The position numbers were made by a program, and so were the translations under genes. This document shows positions 1 to 23,182 of a stretch of 64,000 nt of DNA, piece by piece (position 1 is the stretch's first letter; each line of letters begins with the position of its first letter). The stretch covers positions 434,001 through 498,000 of the forward strand of contig MCFH01000013.1 in NCBI GenBank assembly GCA_002104945.1, given 5' to 3'. The DNA is from Piromyces finnis finn. Taxonomy: Eukaryota > Fungi > Neocallimastigomycota. The notes below the pieces were generated by a model. It did no database searches, had not been told where the DNA came from, and was given only the letters and a program-made list of their open reading frames with translations.

Positions 1-1
1 A

Positions 2-3000
2 TCATTACCACGAAAATCAATTCAAAATCTATATAATAAAAAAAAACATCATCATCATCATCATCACCATCATCATCATCACCACCACCATCATAAAAAC
101 AAGGTTAGTGACGAAGCAGGAGAGAATATTAATAGTAATAAAGATATTACAAATAATGAAAATAAAATGTTAGAAGAGGATAATATTTTAATATCAAAAG
201 ATGGTAATTCATTAACTGAGAATAAAAGTTATAATAGTTCCGAACAGTTATCATTGAATACAGAAAATGGAGATTCTGGTGAAATGTCATTAAAGCGTAG
301 ATATAGTGCAGTAAAAAAGACATTTAGTAGAAAATCAAGGAAAAATATTCAACAATATAGATCAAAAACTGTTGTGCGAGGAAAATTTATTCGTCCATCT
401 GATTATCGTAACTCCTTTTCATCCTCATCTTCATCATCATCTTCTGATTCAGAGAACCCTTACTCGTCTAATTATGAAGCAGATAATAACAATAGTAATA
501 AAGGACTTTTAATAAATGAAAATAAACTAAATTCAAATGAAAATGAAATAACTTATAATAATGTAAATAATAATTCATCTAAACCTGAAAATATATATTG
601 TATATGTAAACAACATATTGAAAATCAAAATAATAATATTATTAAATGTGGATTTTGTTCAGGTACTATTTTATATGAAAATTAAATATTTATTATAGTT
701 TAGTATGATATGAATTAATATATATTGACATTGCTATATATAAATATACTGTAATTCTAATTTAAATTTATGTCCTATTTTGAAGATTTATTTCATATAA
801 GTTGCTTAAGAAAAGAGTTTCAGAAGGTTAATGATATTATTTGTCCTACTTGTAATAAGGGTAAATTACCACAAATAAGCAATAGACCTATTAAGTATTC
901 TAAAAAACCAATAAAGGGAAGAGGATCAAAAACATACAAATCAAAATCGCAGAAAAAAATTGCATTGAATGGTAAAATATTTATAATTATAATGATGGAA
1001 TAATTTTAGATTATAAATAATAATAAAACTAATATAAATTATTTTAGATGATATTGACGAAAAAAAAAATAATGTAGAATTTGAAGAGTTAAATCACATT
1101 GAAATAAATGGAATGAATGATCTCGATTTAGATTTTGAAGAAGAGGATGAAGAAATTGATATTGATATTGACATATGTCCTGTATGTGTGGGAGAATGCA
1201 CATGTGATCAAAAGGGTTTTTTAAATAACATATTACCATCTCCAAAATATCCAATTGAAATTGAAGAAGAGGAGGAAAAAGAAAATATAGTTGCAACGAA
1301 AGAAGATTCAATAACACCAATACAACAAATTAAGTCAAAAGAGTTTTTATCAAAAAAGAATGTATTAGTACCAGAAGAAAATCCATTTATGAAAGAGGAA
1401 TCAAATGAAAAGGCAATGAATCATAAAAGCAAGTCTAAGATAACGAAAGATAAAGAGGAGGAGAAATGTGAAAATCAAACAGTTGAACCAAAACAAATAA
1501 AAATCCCTCATAACAAGATTTCACAAAAAAATAAAGGACTTAAAAAGAAAGCTTCAAAAAAAAGTAAAACAACAAAAAAAGTAGAACCCCAAGTGATAAG
1601 TAAGAAAAAATAACAATTTTCAATTTTTATTTTATATAAAATATCAAATAATTTAAATGTTAAATTAATTATATTTTCATTTTAATTATTAAAATTATTC
1701 CTTTAATAGAAAAAGTAGAAGAAGAAGAGGAAGATATAGAGATATTTGATGATATGTATGATTTTGAACCACAAGAATCATCAGATGTAAATATAATTTA
1801 CAAGGAAATACAAGAGGAAGAAAATAATAAAAATATAAATATAAAAGATGATAAATTATCTTCAACATTAAGTGAATTATTTGGAGATGATTCCGATGAA
1901 GATGAAGAAATTTTTTCAAGTAGTACAATTAATGAAACAATAAAAATAGAGCAAAATGAAAAAGAGGATATAATAGATTTAGATTTATCAGATGGATTAT
2001 TGAATAATAATAGTAGTATTTCAACAATTAATGAAAGTACAAATAATAAAAAACAGGAGTTAAAATTAGAAAAAAATTCTGATGGACAACATTCAACCTA
2101 TTATACGGAAAGCGAAGAAGAAAATATTTTAGAAGGAAGAGCAGCACTTTTTGAAAGTGAAATAAGTAATTCTAGTTCAGGTGAAGAAGAAATAGATGAT
2201 TCTGATTCAGAATCAGGTAGTTCAAGTTCAGGAGTTGAGGAGATAATGAAAATCGAAAAAGAAATAATTAATAATTTAGAAGATGAATATGAGAGTTCTG
2301 AAGAAGATTATTTAAATGAAGATTATTCGGAACAAAATAAAAATATGATAATGAATTTCGAGGAGACAGAAGAGGAAGCAGAAGAAGAAAAACCTGCATA
2401 TGTAGAATGGTTATCATCAGATGAAGAGTTTTCTTTTGTTGATTATTATGAAATGCTTCCACAAAAAAGAAGATCATCAGTTAATTTATTATCTTCTCCA
2501 ATAATAAATAAAACTGTTAGTCAAATAAATTTATCAAATACGCTTAATACAATCAGTGAAGATTTAATTGTAAATCAATCATCAATAAATGATGAACTTA
2601 ATAAAAATCTTTTTGAGAATATAATAAATACCCCAATGGATGCTATGAAAATTGATAGTAATAGCATTATCGGTTCATCAACAAATTTATTAAATAATAA
2701 TACCAAAATTGAGGAGGAAAAAATATCATCAATGCTCACTGCAGAACTGAAAGATAATAATTCAGTACTTAATACAAACAATGAATTTTCCATAGATCAT
2801 AATAATAGTAATAAAATTGATGAAAAAGAATCATTGAGCAATACTTTAGATAATGATAAAGAATGTTTAAATGAAAAACCTTTAGATAACTTAAATTATG
2901 AGAATATTAATGTAACAAAAGTTGAAAATATGGAAGAGAAGAATGAAGATATTAATAAGCAGACTGATGAAGAACTGATTGAAAAAGATAAATATAAAGA

Positions 3001-6000
3001 ACAACAAAATGATAATAATAACAACAATACTTTAGATACTTCATTAGATCAAAATCAAAATATCAATATAAATATTGAAAACGAAAAACTAGTTGATATT
3101 AATAATTCAACTATAAAAGAAAATGGTAATGAATCAAATGATAATGATTTCAATAATGAATATAAGATAGCTAAAGAGAATTCCGAAGAAAATCAAACAA
3201 GTAAAATGGAAATAGAAGAGACAAAACATAATGAAATTAAAGAAATAGAAATAAATAATATAATGGAAATAGACAAAATAGGAAAAGTTGAGATAAACAA
3301 TATGGAAATAGAAAAAACAGAAAATATAAATAATGTTAAAAATATGGAAATTGAGAAAGTAAAACATATAAATGAATTAAAAAATATGGGAAATGAGGAT
3401 GTAAACTACATAAATGAAACTAAAAATTTGGATGTAGAAGGATCAAAGCATATAAATGAAGTACAAAATATGGAGATAGAAGAAGTAAAGCATATAAATG
3501 AAGTACAAAATATGGAGAAAGAAGAAGTAAAGCATATAAATGAAATTAAAAATATGGAAATAGAAGAATCAAAAACCATAGATGAAACTAAAAATATGGA
3601 AATAGAAGAATCAAAAACTACAAATGAAGTTAAAGATATGGAAATAGATAAATCAAAGGATAAAAATGAAATCAGTCCTGTAGAAATAGAAGAATCAAAA
3701 AGTAAAAATAAAGAAAGTGCTATTGAAATGAATAAATTAAACATGGTACCAAAGAATGAAACGAAAAATGAAAATATGAAAGAAAGTATGATATTTAAAA
3801 ATGAAATGGAAATGGATAAAAGGGATGAAGAAATGAAAGAAAAAGAATTAGTAGTAGATGTAAAAGAAGATAAATCTAATGTACATAAAGTAGAAGATGA
3901 TAATGAAAATCTTAAATCCAATAAAAATATAATTATCGAGGAAAATAAAACTAATTCTGAACTTAAAATGAATATGATTAATAATTTAAATAACGAAGAA
4001 AATACAATGGTGAAAAAGAATGATATAGTAGAATCAACTGTTGAAAAAAAAGAGTATAACTCAAAAGAAAATATTGAAAGCAATAATAATAAAATAGAGC
4101 AATTATATACAAATTCAATAAAAGAAGAAAATAATGAAAAGAACGAAATTAAAGACGATTTAAAAAATAAAGCTATTAAAAACAATATTGAACTTGATAC
4201 TAAAAATAAAGAAGAAAATGTTACAAATAATGATAAGCAAAAAGGAACTACGGAAAATGATATAAAAGATGAAAACATTAAAGTAAATGGTATGATTTCT
4301 CCATTAAATCCAATAGAGGAATTGAAGATAAATGACAAAGAAAAAATAATATCAACTGATAGCACGTCAGAAATAAAGATTCCAAGTGAAAATTTAAATA
4401 AAAAGTCCCCAACAGATAATAGTGAATCAAAAGGAACAATACTTATTCCAAAATCTAATAAAAACGAAAACAATTTGGGTGGCTTTTGTATACCAAAATC
4501 ATTTAATAAGAAATCACAACTTAATGCAGCTAAAAAAAATATAATTACTACAAAAAAGGAAGAGAAATCAGAAGATAGCGATGATAATGATCATAAAAAG
4601 TTAATTGCCTCTCTTTTAAAAGAACTAGTAAGTATATTAATTACTTAATATTACTAATTTAATAATTTATAGGGTTCAGTTTTAATATATTAAAAAACAA
4701 GGATATTATTGTGATAGATATAAAAAATATATAATAAGGTTATTAATATTATATAATTTAATCTATAATTAAATATATAATATATGATTGATCATATATT
4801 AAAATGTACTTAAAATATATTTAAATATATTAATCATATATTAAAATCTATATTTTAATTAATAGATAAATTTATATCTAAAATTTAAATTTATAATAAG
4901 AATTAAAAATTATTATTTTTACTTTTTCTTTTTATTTTATTTTAATGAGATAAAATTTAATAATTATTATAATAATTAATATTAGTTAGTATTAATAGTA
5001 TTAATACTAGTATTATTAAATATTATATATATAATAAACATTATAAAAAGTTTTTATTGAAGTATTAGATAATTATTGACGCATAATAAAACTATAAAAC
5101 AACGTCATATATTTATAATTATTATTTATAAATAATATTATAATATGTCATTGAATTGTAAATAATTTTATATTCTTATCAAAACCTTATTTTACTATAA
5201 ATTTAAATCGATTCCAAAATTTTTGTTACCTTGTTATTTTTATAATTATAAAAATCTTTATTCACTAATTAATACCATTCAAATTTATATTTTTGTTATT
5301 TAAAGGTTGTTGACAACCATGATAAATCCGATGAAGAAGATTTAGATTCATTAGATTTAATAAATGAAATAAATGCAAATTTATCAAATATTGAAAATCA
5401 AGAAGATTTAAATGATATAACCGAAGATAGCAATACATCTATTAGTGGTAAATTAATTAAATATATATAATATAATAAATTTTTTTGTTAGAATAAGAAT
5501 ATAAAATTAATTCTTAATTATTCCAATTTTTTCCTTTTTTTTTTTTTTTCATTTCTTTTTCTTTCGTTGTTCATCCTAATTTATTATATTTATATATATA
5601 TATATTTTTTAGAAATAAATGAAATAAAAATACCCAAAATTAAAAAAGAAGATAATCAAAATATTACTTTACAAAATTTAAAATCAAAATTTAAAGATAA
5701 TAAAAAATTTGAACCCATAAAACATAAAAGTGAAAAATCTATTGAAGAAGAAAACTTTAATTTATTATTAAAGAATTCATTTCCACAAATCAACAAAAAT
5801 AAAATGCGTAATGAAGATATTAATACTATTTCACCAATAACAGACATGCCACCATCAATTAATAATTCTAATAAATCAAAAAATAATGAAGTTTCGTCTT
5901 CTTCGAATTCCTTTTCAAAGAAAACAACAAATTCCTCGAGTTCAATTAATTCAACTGAGCCATCAATTTTTCCATTAAATAATTCAAACACTTCTCCATC

Positions 6001-9000
6001 AAATATTGCCCCTAGCCCAAATAAAATAGGATCATCTTTAAATAGTAAAATTCCATTTTCAATTAACCCTCAAGTAAATTTAAAGACAAATGTTCCTCCT
6101 ACATCTCTCCCTCTAAATTTACCATTAAATGCATCTTTATCAAATTTAAATAACATACCAGCTATTTCACAACTGCTGTTAAACATGAACCCAATGGATA
6201 TGTCTACAATGTTACCCTTTGGTACTATGCCAGCTTTAAATAAACAACCTAATATATTACCTAATGCAGCAGCATTAGCGCATATGCAAAAAATAATGGC
6301 AGCAGCAGCAACATTAAATCCAGCCATTGTACTTCCTAATCCATTCAAAAATTTAAACACCCCAGCAACATCTCCACCAAAGATAGTACCTAATTTGAAA
6401 AAGAAAACCCCAATAAAACCTAATTTAGGAATATCTCCTTCAATCAATACCAAAGCTAAATCTACTACATCATCATCTCAAGATAAATCTCCACCATTTA
6501 ATATAACTCCAAATACACAATTGTCAGAAAAGAAAAAGGTTACTTCCCCTACATCTTCATCAAGTTCTTCAGCAAATACTACTTCAAAGATATTATCTCC
6601 AAAATTATATCCAGCGACTTCAATATCTGGAAATAATTCTGCTTCTAGTTTGGCATCAACCAATTCTACAAGTAAAGCAAAAACAAATTCCACTACTACT
6701 ACTACTAATACCACCACTACTACAACTACAGCTGCTGCAGCAACAACATCAAGTACGTCATCAGCATCGACATTACCATTCTTAAATCCGAAATTAAATA
6801 TAAATGAAAAATTGCCATTACCAATTCCTACACCAAATCTTCCTTTAAATCCTTTTCTCACAGCAAACCCGTTACTCTTTCCAGCACTTGCACAAAATCC
6901 ATTATTGTTTGGATCTTTGGCAGCAGGAACTAATTCCTCAAATCTATTAAATAAAGTTCCTGCCAAAAATCAATATCAGTTAAATCCTAGACCTCCAATA
7001 ATACCCACCACTAGCTCTGGAGGTAGTTCAAGTACTCCATTATATCAAAGGCCTATTGCTCCGCAAAGTAAAAAACAAATTCAAATTGCTCCAGCAGTTA
7101 GTACATTAAATCAAAGACAATCTATTCTCAATTCTATATTAGCAAGCGCTGCAGGTTTACAAGCTCTTCAAGCTACTACTGGTGTTCCAATAACAACATC
7201 TACTCCCCTTTCCAAAACACCAACTATACCTAATCCTCTTAATTTACCTCAATTAAATCCATTACTAAACCAAAATAAGGTTGCGTTATCTACAACAGTT
7301 GCTAATACAACATCATCGACAACATCAACAGTTTCAACAACTACAACTACAACATCAATATCAACAACCAATAAAAATAAAAAGACCACTGATATACTTG
7401 ATTTATCATTCTTAGAAACAAATAAACCAATTTTAACAACTTCCAATACTAATAATACAACAAAAACGGAATCAGCTAAAATATCACCTGAAAATTCAAT
7501 ATCATCCATTTCATCAGCAGCATCATTTAATTCAACCAAAAGCAATAGCATCCAAAAGAAAACTGTTTCCATTAATGAAAATAAAATCAATATAAATACT
7601 ACAACTACCAAATCAGAAACAGAAAAAATTAGCCCAACAACAGAATTAGCTAAAGCATTAAGTAAATTAGAAGATGTATTTAAACATAATGTGAATATTC
7701 CTACAACAATTGCATCTGAAAAGGCATCATCTTTATCTACAGGTGCTGTATCAATTCCAACTAGTACAGCAACAATTTCTGCTAAATCTCAAATTTATTC
7801 AAATAAAAGCATTGTAAATACATCAGTTCCAACAAATACAAAAATAAATTCAATAACAACATCAAATTCAAATAAAACAGCATTAGACTCCAAAACACTT
7901 AATCTTTCTCAAAAAGATTTAAAGCTAAAAGAACTTTCTGAAACTTTAGCTAAAGAATTTAGTAAAAATTTAAATAATACCAATAGTAATAATGATAGTA
8001 ATAAGAATAGTACTAATAATAATGTTATTAATATAACTAATGATAGTAGTAATAAAATAAACCAAAAAGAGGCGACAAAACCAATAATTACGCCAATACC
8101 AAAGATAGATAATATTAATATTAATACTAATTATGAACAAATAAAAATAGAATTGGATAAAGCAGTAAAAGGATTTACAAGTATTAACCCATTGACAAAC
8201 CCAGTTAAAGACTTTGTTGGACTAGATATTGATACAAAGATGGAAAGTGACGATTTATTAAGTTTAGATCTAGATGTTAAAGAAGATAAAAAAACTGTTA
8301 AACCAAAAAATATTGATATTAATGATAAAATGTTAAAAGATGCTATTGAAAATGCACTTAATGGTTCATTAATTAATGAAGCAATTCAAAATGTTAATGA
8401 TAATAATCAGCTTTTAAATCTAAATTTAGATTTACAAAGTACTTCAAGTATTGATACTAATCTTTTAAGTTCAATGACGGCTCTTTCTTCTTCAGTAGTA
8501 ACTCCAATTATTACAACAGCGGCAACAACTTTTGATTCATCAAATTTAATAATACCAATAGAAAATTCATTAGATAGAAATCAGCTTGAAAGTCTAGCCA
8601 CTTCCTTTAATCTCCAAGATCCTTCTTTAAATTTAAATACATCACAACTTCCAAAAATTGGTGTTGATATTGAAAAAGAGACTGAATTAGAAATAGGTAC
8701 AAAAAGAAAATTAAAAGAAATTGAAGATGATAAACCAAATTTAGTTAGAAGTTATTCTGAAAATCAAGAAGTATTAATGGATGAAGTTTTTAATTCAGAA
8801 CAATTTAGTTCTGAAGAAGATTTATCATTATCTGAAACTAATCAACCACCAATGCAAAAGAAGAAAAAAATGATGAGATGGGAAAAAGCTTCATTTAGTC
8901 CATTCCAACAAAACAGAAGAAATAGAATGTCTAAATTGAAAAATGTGGTTCGTTCATTAAGTACAGATTCAATTAATACTACATTATTAGCAGCTGATCC

Positions 9001-9166
9001 AGCAACTCAAAATCACTTTTCAATTGATACCAAATCTGCAATTAAGAATTCAGTTATGGAAACAACATCGCCTACTTCAATGGAAGGATTTACAAATGAG
9101 TATTTAAATTTAAATGACATTAATTCCATGAATGGAATGAATATGAATAATAGGCAAAACAAATAA
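2..9166 (+). CDS. Very large (>2,670 aa, 5'-truncated) low-complexity protein with a PHD finger; probable chromatin or transcription regulator. Exons <2-662, 786-971, 1048-1599, 1710-4627, 5306-5447, 5613-9166
   Basis: The frame is open from base 2. All five introns are GT..AG and phase-compatible (8,013 nt from base 2 to the stop, divisible by 3). Splicing 662/786 assembles CICKQ..CGFCSDLFHISCL..ICPTC, a C4-H-C3 PHD pattern. It also has a CPVCVGECTC Cys cluster, acidic tracts and Pro/Thr/Ser/Asn-rich regions. Confidence 0.75.
47..94 (+). repeat. Coding (CAT/CAC)16 tract encoding 16 consecutive His
   Basis: In frame with the 167..685 ORF; counted directly. Confidence 0.9.
3299..3676 (+). repeat. 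Coding minisatellite: 9 degenerate 42-nt (14-aa) units, consensus approx. NMEIEEVKHINEVK
   Basis: Units start every 42 nt from 3299 (NMEIEKTENINNVK, NMEIEKVKHINELK ... NMEIEESKTTNEVK, DMEIDKSKDKNEIS). Confidence 0.9.
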
Positions 9167-10176
9167 AAATAAATATATCTATATCAAAAAACTTTTATTT
9201 AATTAATAAATTTATTTTAATTATAATATATAATACATTTTTTATAATAATCATCCATCTTTTTATCCTCAAAAATAAATTTAAATTTATTTTGCTAAAA
9301 ATATTTTCTTTTATATATATATATATAATGATAATAACATTATATAATCATATCAATTAATTTTTGTTTTTTTTTTTTTATTGTTCTTAATAATTAATAG
9401 AATTAATTATAGTTTGAATAATAAAATTTAATACATAAAAAAATAAAGATTCATTTAAATAAAAATAAAATAAAAAATAAAAATAATAGAACAATTCTTT
9501 TATTTTGAATAACTATCCCTAGATTATATACTTAATATTTCATATATTAATTCATAGTACTACAATGTACTATATGGATTATATAATATAAAAAACTTAA
9601 TTTTTAATATATTTTAAAATTATATTATTTAATGCAAATAAATTAAATTTTTAATCATTCATAAAGTTCAAAAATTTGTATTTTTTTTTTTTTTTAGAAA
9701 ATAAAAAAACAAAGTTTTTATTAAAGAATTGAAAACATAATTAATGAATATTTAATGAAATAATATTAAAGGAAATTATAATTAATTACAAATTTTAATA
9801 TTTTCTTTTTCTTTTAATATATATTTTATTATTTTGTTGATTATAATTGTAACAAATTCTTTTTTAAAAATGAGAATAAATAAAAATCTTTTAATTTATA
9901 AAAGGATTTAAAATAAATTTAATTTTAGAATTAGAAATAAAATTTAGAATATGTTTTTTTTTTTTTCTTTAAAAAAAAAAATAAATTAAAAAGAAAGTAA
10001 AATAAATATACTATTTAAAAATAAAATTAAAACGTAATAATATTTTTTAAAATATTTCATATTTTTTTTTATCAAATTTATACATATATCCAAATTTAAA
10101 GAAGTTTTTAAAACTCTATTACCGAAAATTATTTTCATACACTTTTTTTTAATTTTAATTCATATAACTGTAAACA

Positions 10177-15077
<4,901 letters not shown>

Positions 15078-15344
15078 ATAATCTTTAAAGATAGGAAAGA
15101 AAAATTATAAAAGAAAAAAAAAGATTTTTTTTTATTTCATCTTTTTCTTTTCTGTTTTTTAATAATGTCATTAATAAATAGTAATAGTAGCAATATATAA
15201 ATAAGCATTTTCATAGCCAATAAATATATTTGTTTAAAAAATACATAATAAAAAAAAAAACAATTCTCTCATAATTATATTTTAAAAATTAAAAATAAAA
15301 TAAAATAAAGTAATAATAAATAAATAAATAATAATTAAAACAAG

Positions 15345-15381
<37 letters not shown>

Positions 15382-15895
15382 GTATACAAACAACTATACA
15401 TCTTAATCATTAAAAATAAATAAATAAAATATAAAAATAAATACTATAAATAAAATATAATAAAACCTTGGTATCATATATTAATTTAATAGGATTTTTT
15501 ATTTTTAATTAGTCATAGTGGAAAAAAATTAAAAAAAAAAAAATTAAAATTTAAAAATTTTCAAAATATATAAACTTTTAAATCAAATTTCAAAATTAAA
15601 AGAAATTTTAAATTTTGAAATCTACATTTTATATATTACATTCAAATTCTAAAGTAGTATTTTAGAATGGGGAAATTGTATATAAATTAAAAAAAAAAAC
15701 TTTTAAATAAATGAATAAATTCACAACTGAATGTATATAAACAGAGAAAAAAGAAAAATAAAAGTTATATTAATATGAATTTAAAATTCAGAGTTAAAAA
15801 TTTAAATAAAATTAAAAAAAAAAAAAAATTGAGATTTTAAAAAAATAGATATTCCTTTCAAATAATAATAATAATAATAATAATAATATAAAAAC

Positions 15896-21457
<5,562 letters not shown>

Positions 21458-22249
21458 TTAATTAATTAGTAACCTTCATTAAAAGTCAAAGCTTTTTAAA
21501 TATTTTTTATATATAACAAAAAAAAAAAAAAAAAAACACGTTTCACAATTGCAATTCAAAAATCGCAATATTCTTTTTAATATTCTTTCTTATTTAAACG
21601 TATAAACTATCTAATACTATTTTTTTATTTTATTTATCCTCATTTTTAAGCTATTTCTTTTTTTGTTTGTTTGTTTGTTTAATTTTTCTATATATTTATG
21701 TGTTTTAAAAAACACATAAATATATACTATATATATACCATAATAATTGTAAATAATTGAAAATAATAAAAAATCTATTAATTTAAATATCATTAACTCT
21801 TAAAAAAAAAAAAAAATTAAAAAGAAAAATAAAATAAATATTATTCAGTTTTCTATTTAAAATACATCGTAAATCTATAAAAAAAAAAAAAAAAGGTCCT
21901 AAATTTTTAGCATACAATATCTAAAAAATAAAATTAATGGACATTAATTAAATTTTTTTAGTAATTAGAATAAAGAGAATTAAAAATATGGGCATTGTAT
22001 ACTGTTAATAATAAAATATGTCCAAAATTACATCTTTAAAAATAAATAAATAAAACAAAAAAAAAAAAACTTTTTTCATGATTAAAAAAAAAAAAAGAAA
22101 AAATAAATAAATAAAACAAAAAAATAAGTTTATTTAGTTTTATCAGATAATAAATATAATAAAAATTAAATTTTATTCCTTTTAGTAAAATATCAGTAGA
22201 ATCTGTGTGCTTTTTTTATTTATTAAAGAAAGGTAAATAAGAAAAGAAA

Positions 22250-23182
22250 ATGAATCAAATTAAATCTACCATTAAAGAAGTAGTAGCCACTTCCACTAGT
22301 AAAGTACCTTCAATCAATTTTCATTTTACTCGACAATGTAATTATCATTGTAAATTTTGTTTTCATACCAAAAAATCTAAATTTATGTTAAAGAAAGAAG
22401 ACCAATTAGAAATACTTCGACAATTTCGACAAGCTGGATCAGAAAAAGTAAATTTTGCTGGTGGAGAACCTTTTCTTTTTAGTCAACGTTTAGGTGAATT
22501 AGTAAAAGCTTCTAAAGAAAGTTTTGGATTTCCTTCTGTCTCTATCATTACTAATGGTAGTATTGTTAAACCTGAATGGTTTGAAAAGTATGGTAAATAC
22601 TTAGATATTTTAGGAGTATCCTGTGATAGTATACAACCCAAAGTCAATTTTTGTCATGGTAGAAATAACAATAGTAAATATCTTCCGATAGAACAATCCA
22701 AAAAAATTGAAGTTTTATCCAAAATATGTCATCAACAAGGCATTCTTTTTAAAATTAATACGGTAGTTACCCAATTAAATAAAAATGAAATATTAGCTGA
22801 TTTTATTAATCGGTTAAATATCTGTCGTTGGAAGGTATTTCAAATTTTAGAAATTAAAAATGAAAATGGCGGGAAACAACTTCAACCCTTATTAATATCA
22901 CCTAAAGAATTTGAAAGATATATTCAAAGAAATTCTTTTAGACTTCATCCTTCTAAAAAGAAAATATTAGTAAAAGAAAGTAATGAAATGATGCAAAATT
23001 CTTATATTCTTGTAGATGAATTTGGAAGACTTTTAGATGTGAGTACTGGTAGTAAATTACCTACACATTCTATAATAAAAGTAGGACTTAATAAAGCATT
23101 AGAAGAACTAGGAAGTGGTTTTGACATGGATATGTTTTATAAAAGAGGTGGCTATTATCAATGGCAAAAAAACACACAATAA
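22250..23182 (+). CDS. RSAD2: Viperin (RSAD2-family radical SAM enzyme, putative ddhNTP synthase), 310 aa, intronless
   Basis: INFHFTRQCNYHCKFCFHT (CxxxCxxC in the viperin-specific context), KVNFAGGEPFL, YLDILGVSCDS, FKINTVV, RWKVFQIL, ESNEMMQNSYILVDEFGRLL and FDMDMFYKRGGYYQW are colinear with vertebrate viperin motifs along the whole length. Confidence 0.95.
   Translation: MNQIKSTIKEVVATSTSKVPSINFHFTRQCNYHCKFCFHTKKSKFMLKKEDQLEILRQFRQAGSEKVNFAGGEPFLFSQRLGELVKASKESFGFPSVSIITNGSIVKPEWFEKYGKYLDILGVSCDSIQPKVNFCHGRNNNSKYLPIEQSKKIEVLSKICHQQGILFKINTVVTQLNKNEILADFINRLNICRWKVFQILEIKNENGGKQLQPLLISPKEFERYIQRNSFRLHPSKKKILVKESNEMMQNSYILVDEFGRLLDVSTGSKLPTHSIIKVGLNKALEELGSGFDMDMFYKRGGYYQWQKNTQ

Noticed and set aside
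3134-7611. Long minus-strand ORFs (e.g. 3406..4473, 6478..6966, 7249..7611)
   Set aside because: They are antisense shadows of the Glu/Asn/Lys/Thr-rich plus-strand CDS, giving Phe/Ser/Leu/Val-rich translations with no motifs. The same applies to those opposite RAD4 exon 1.
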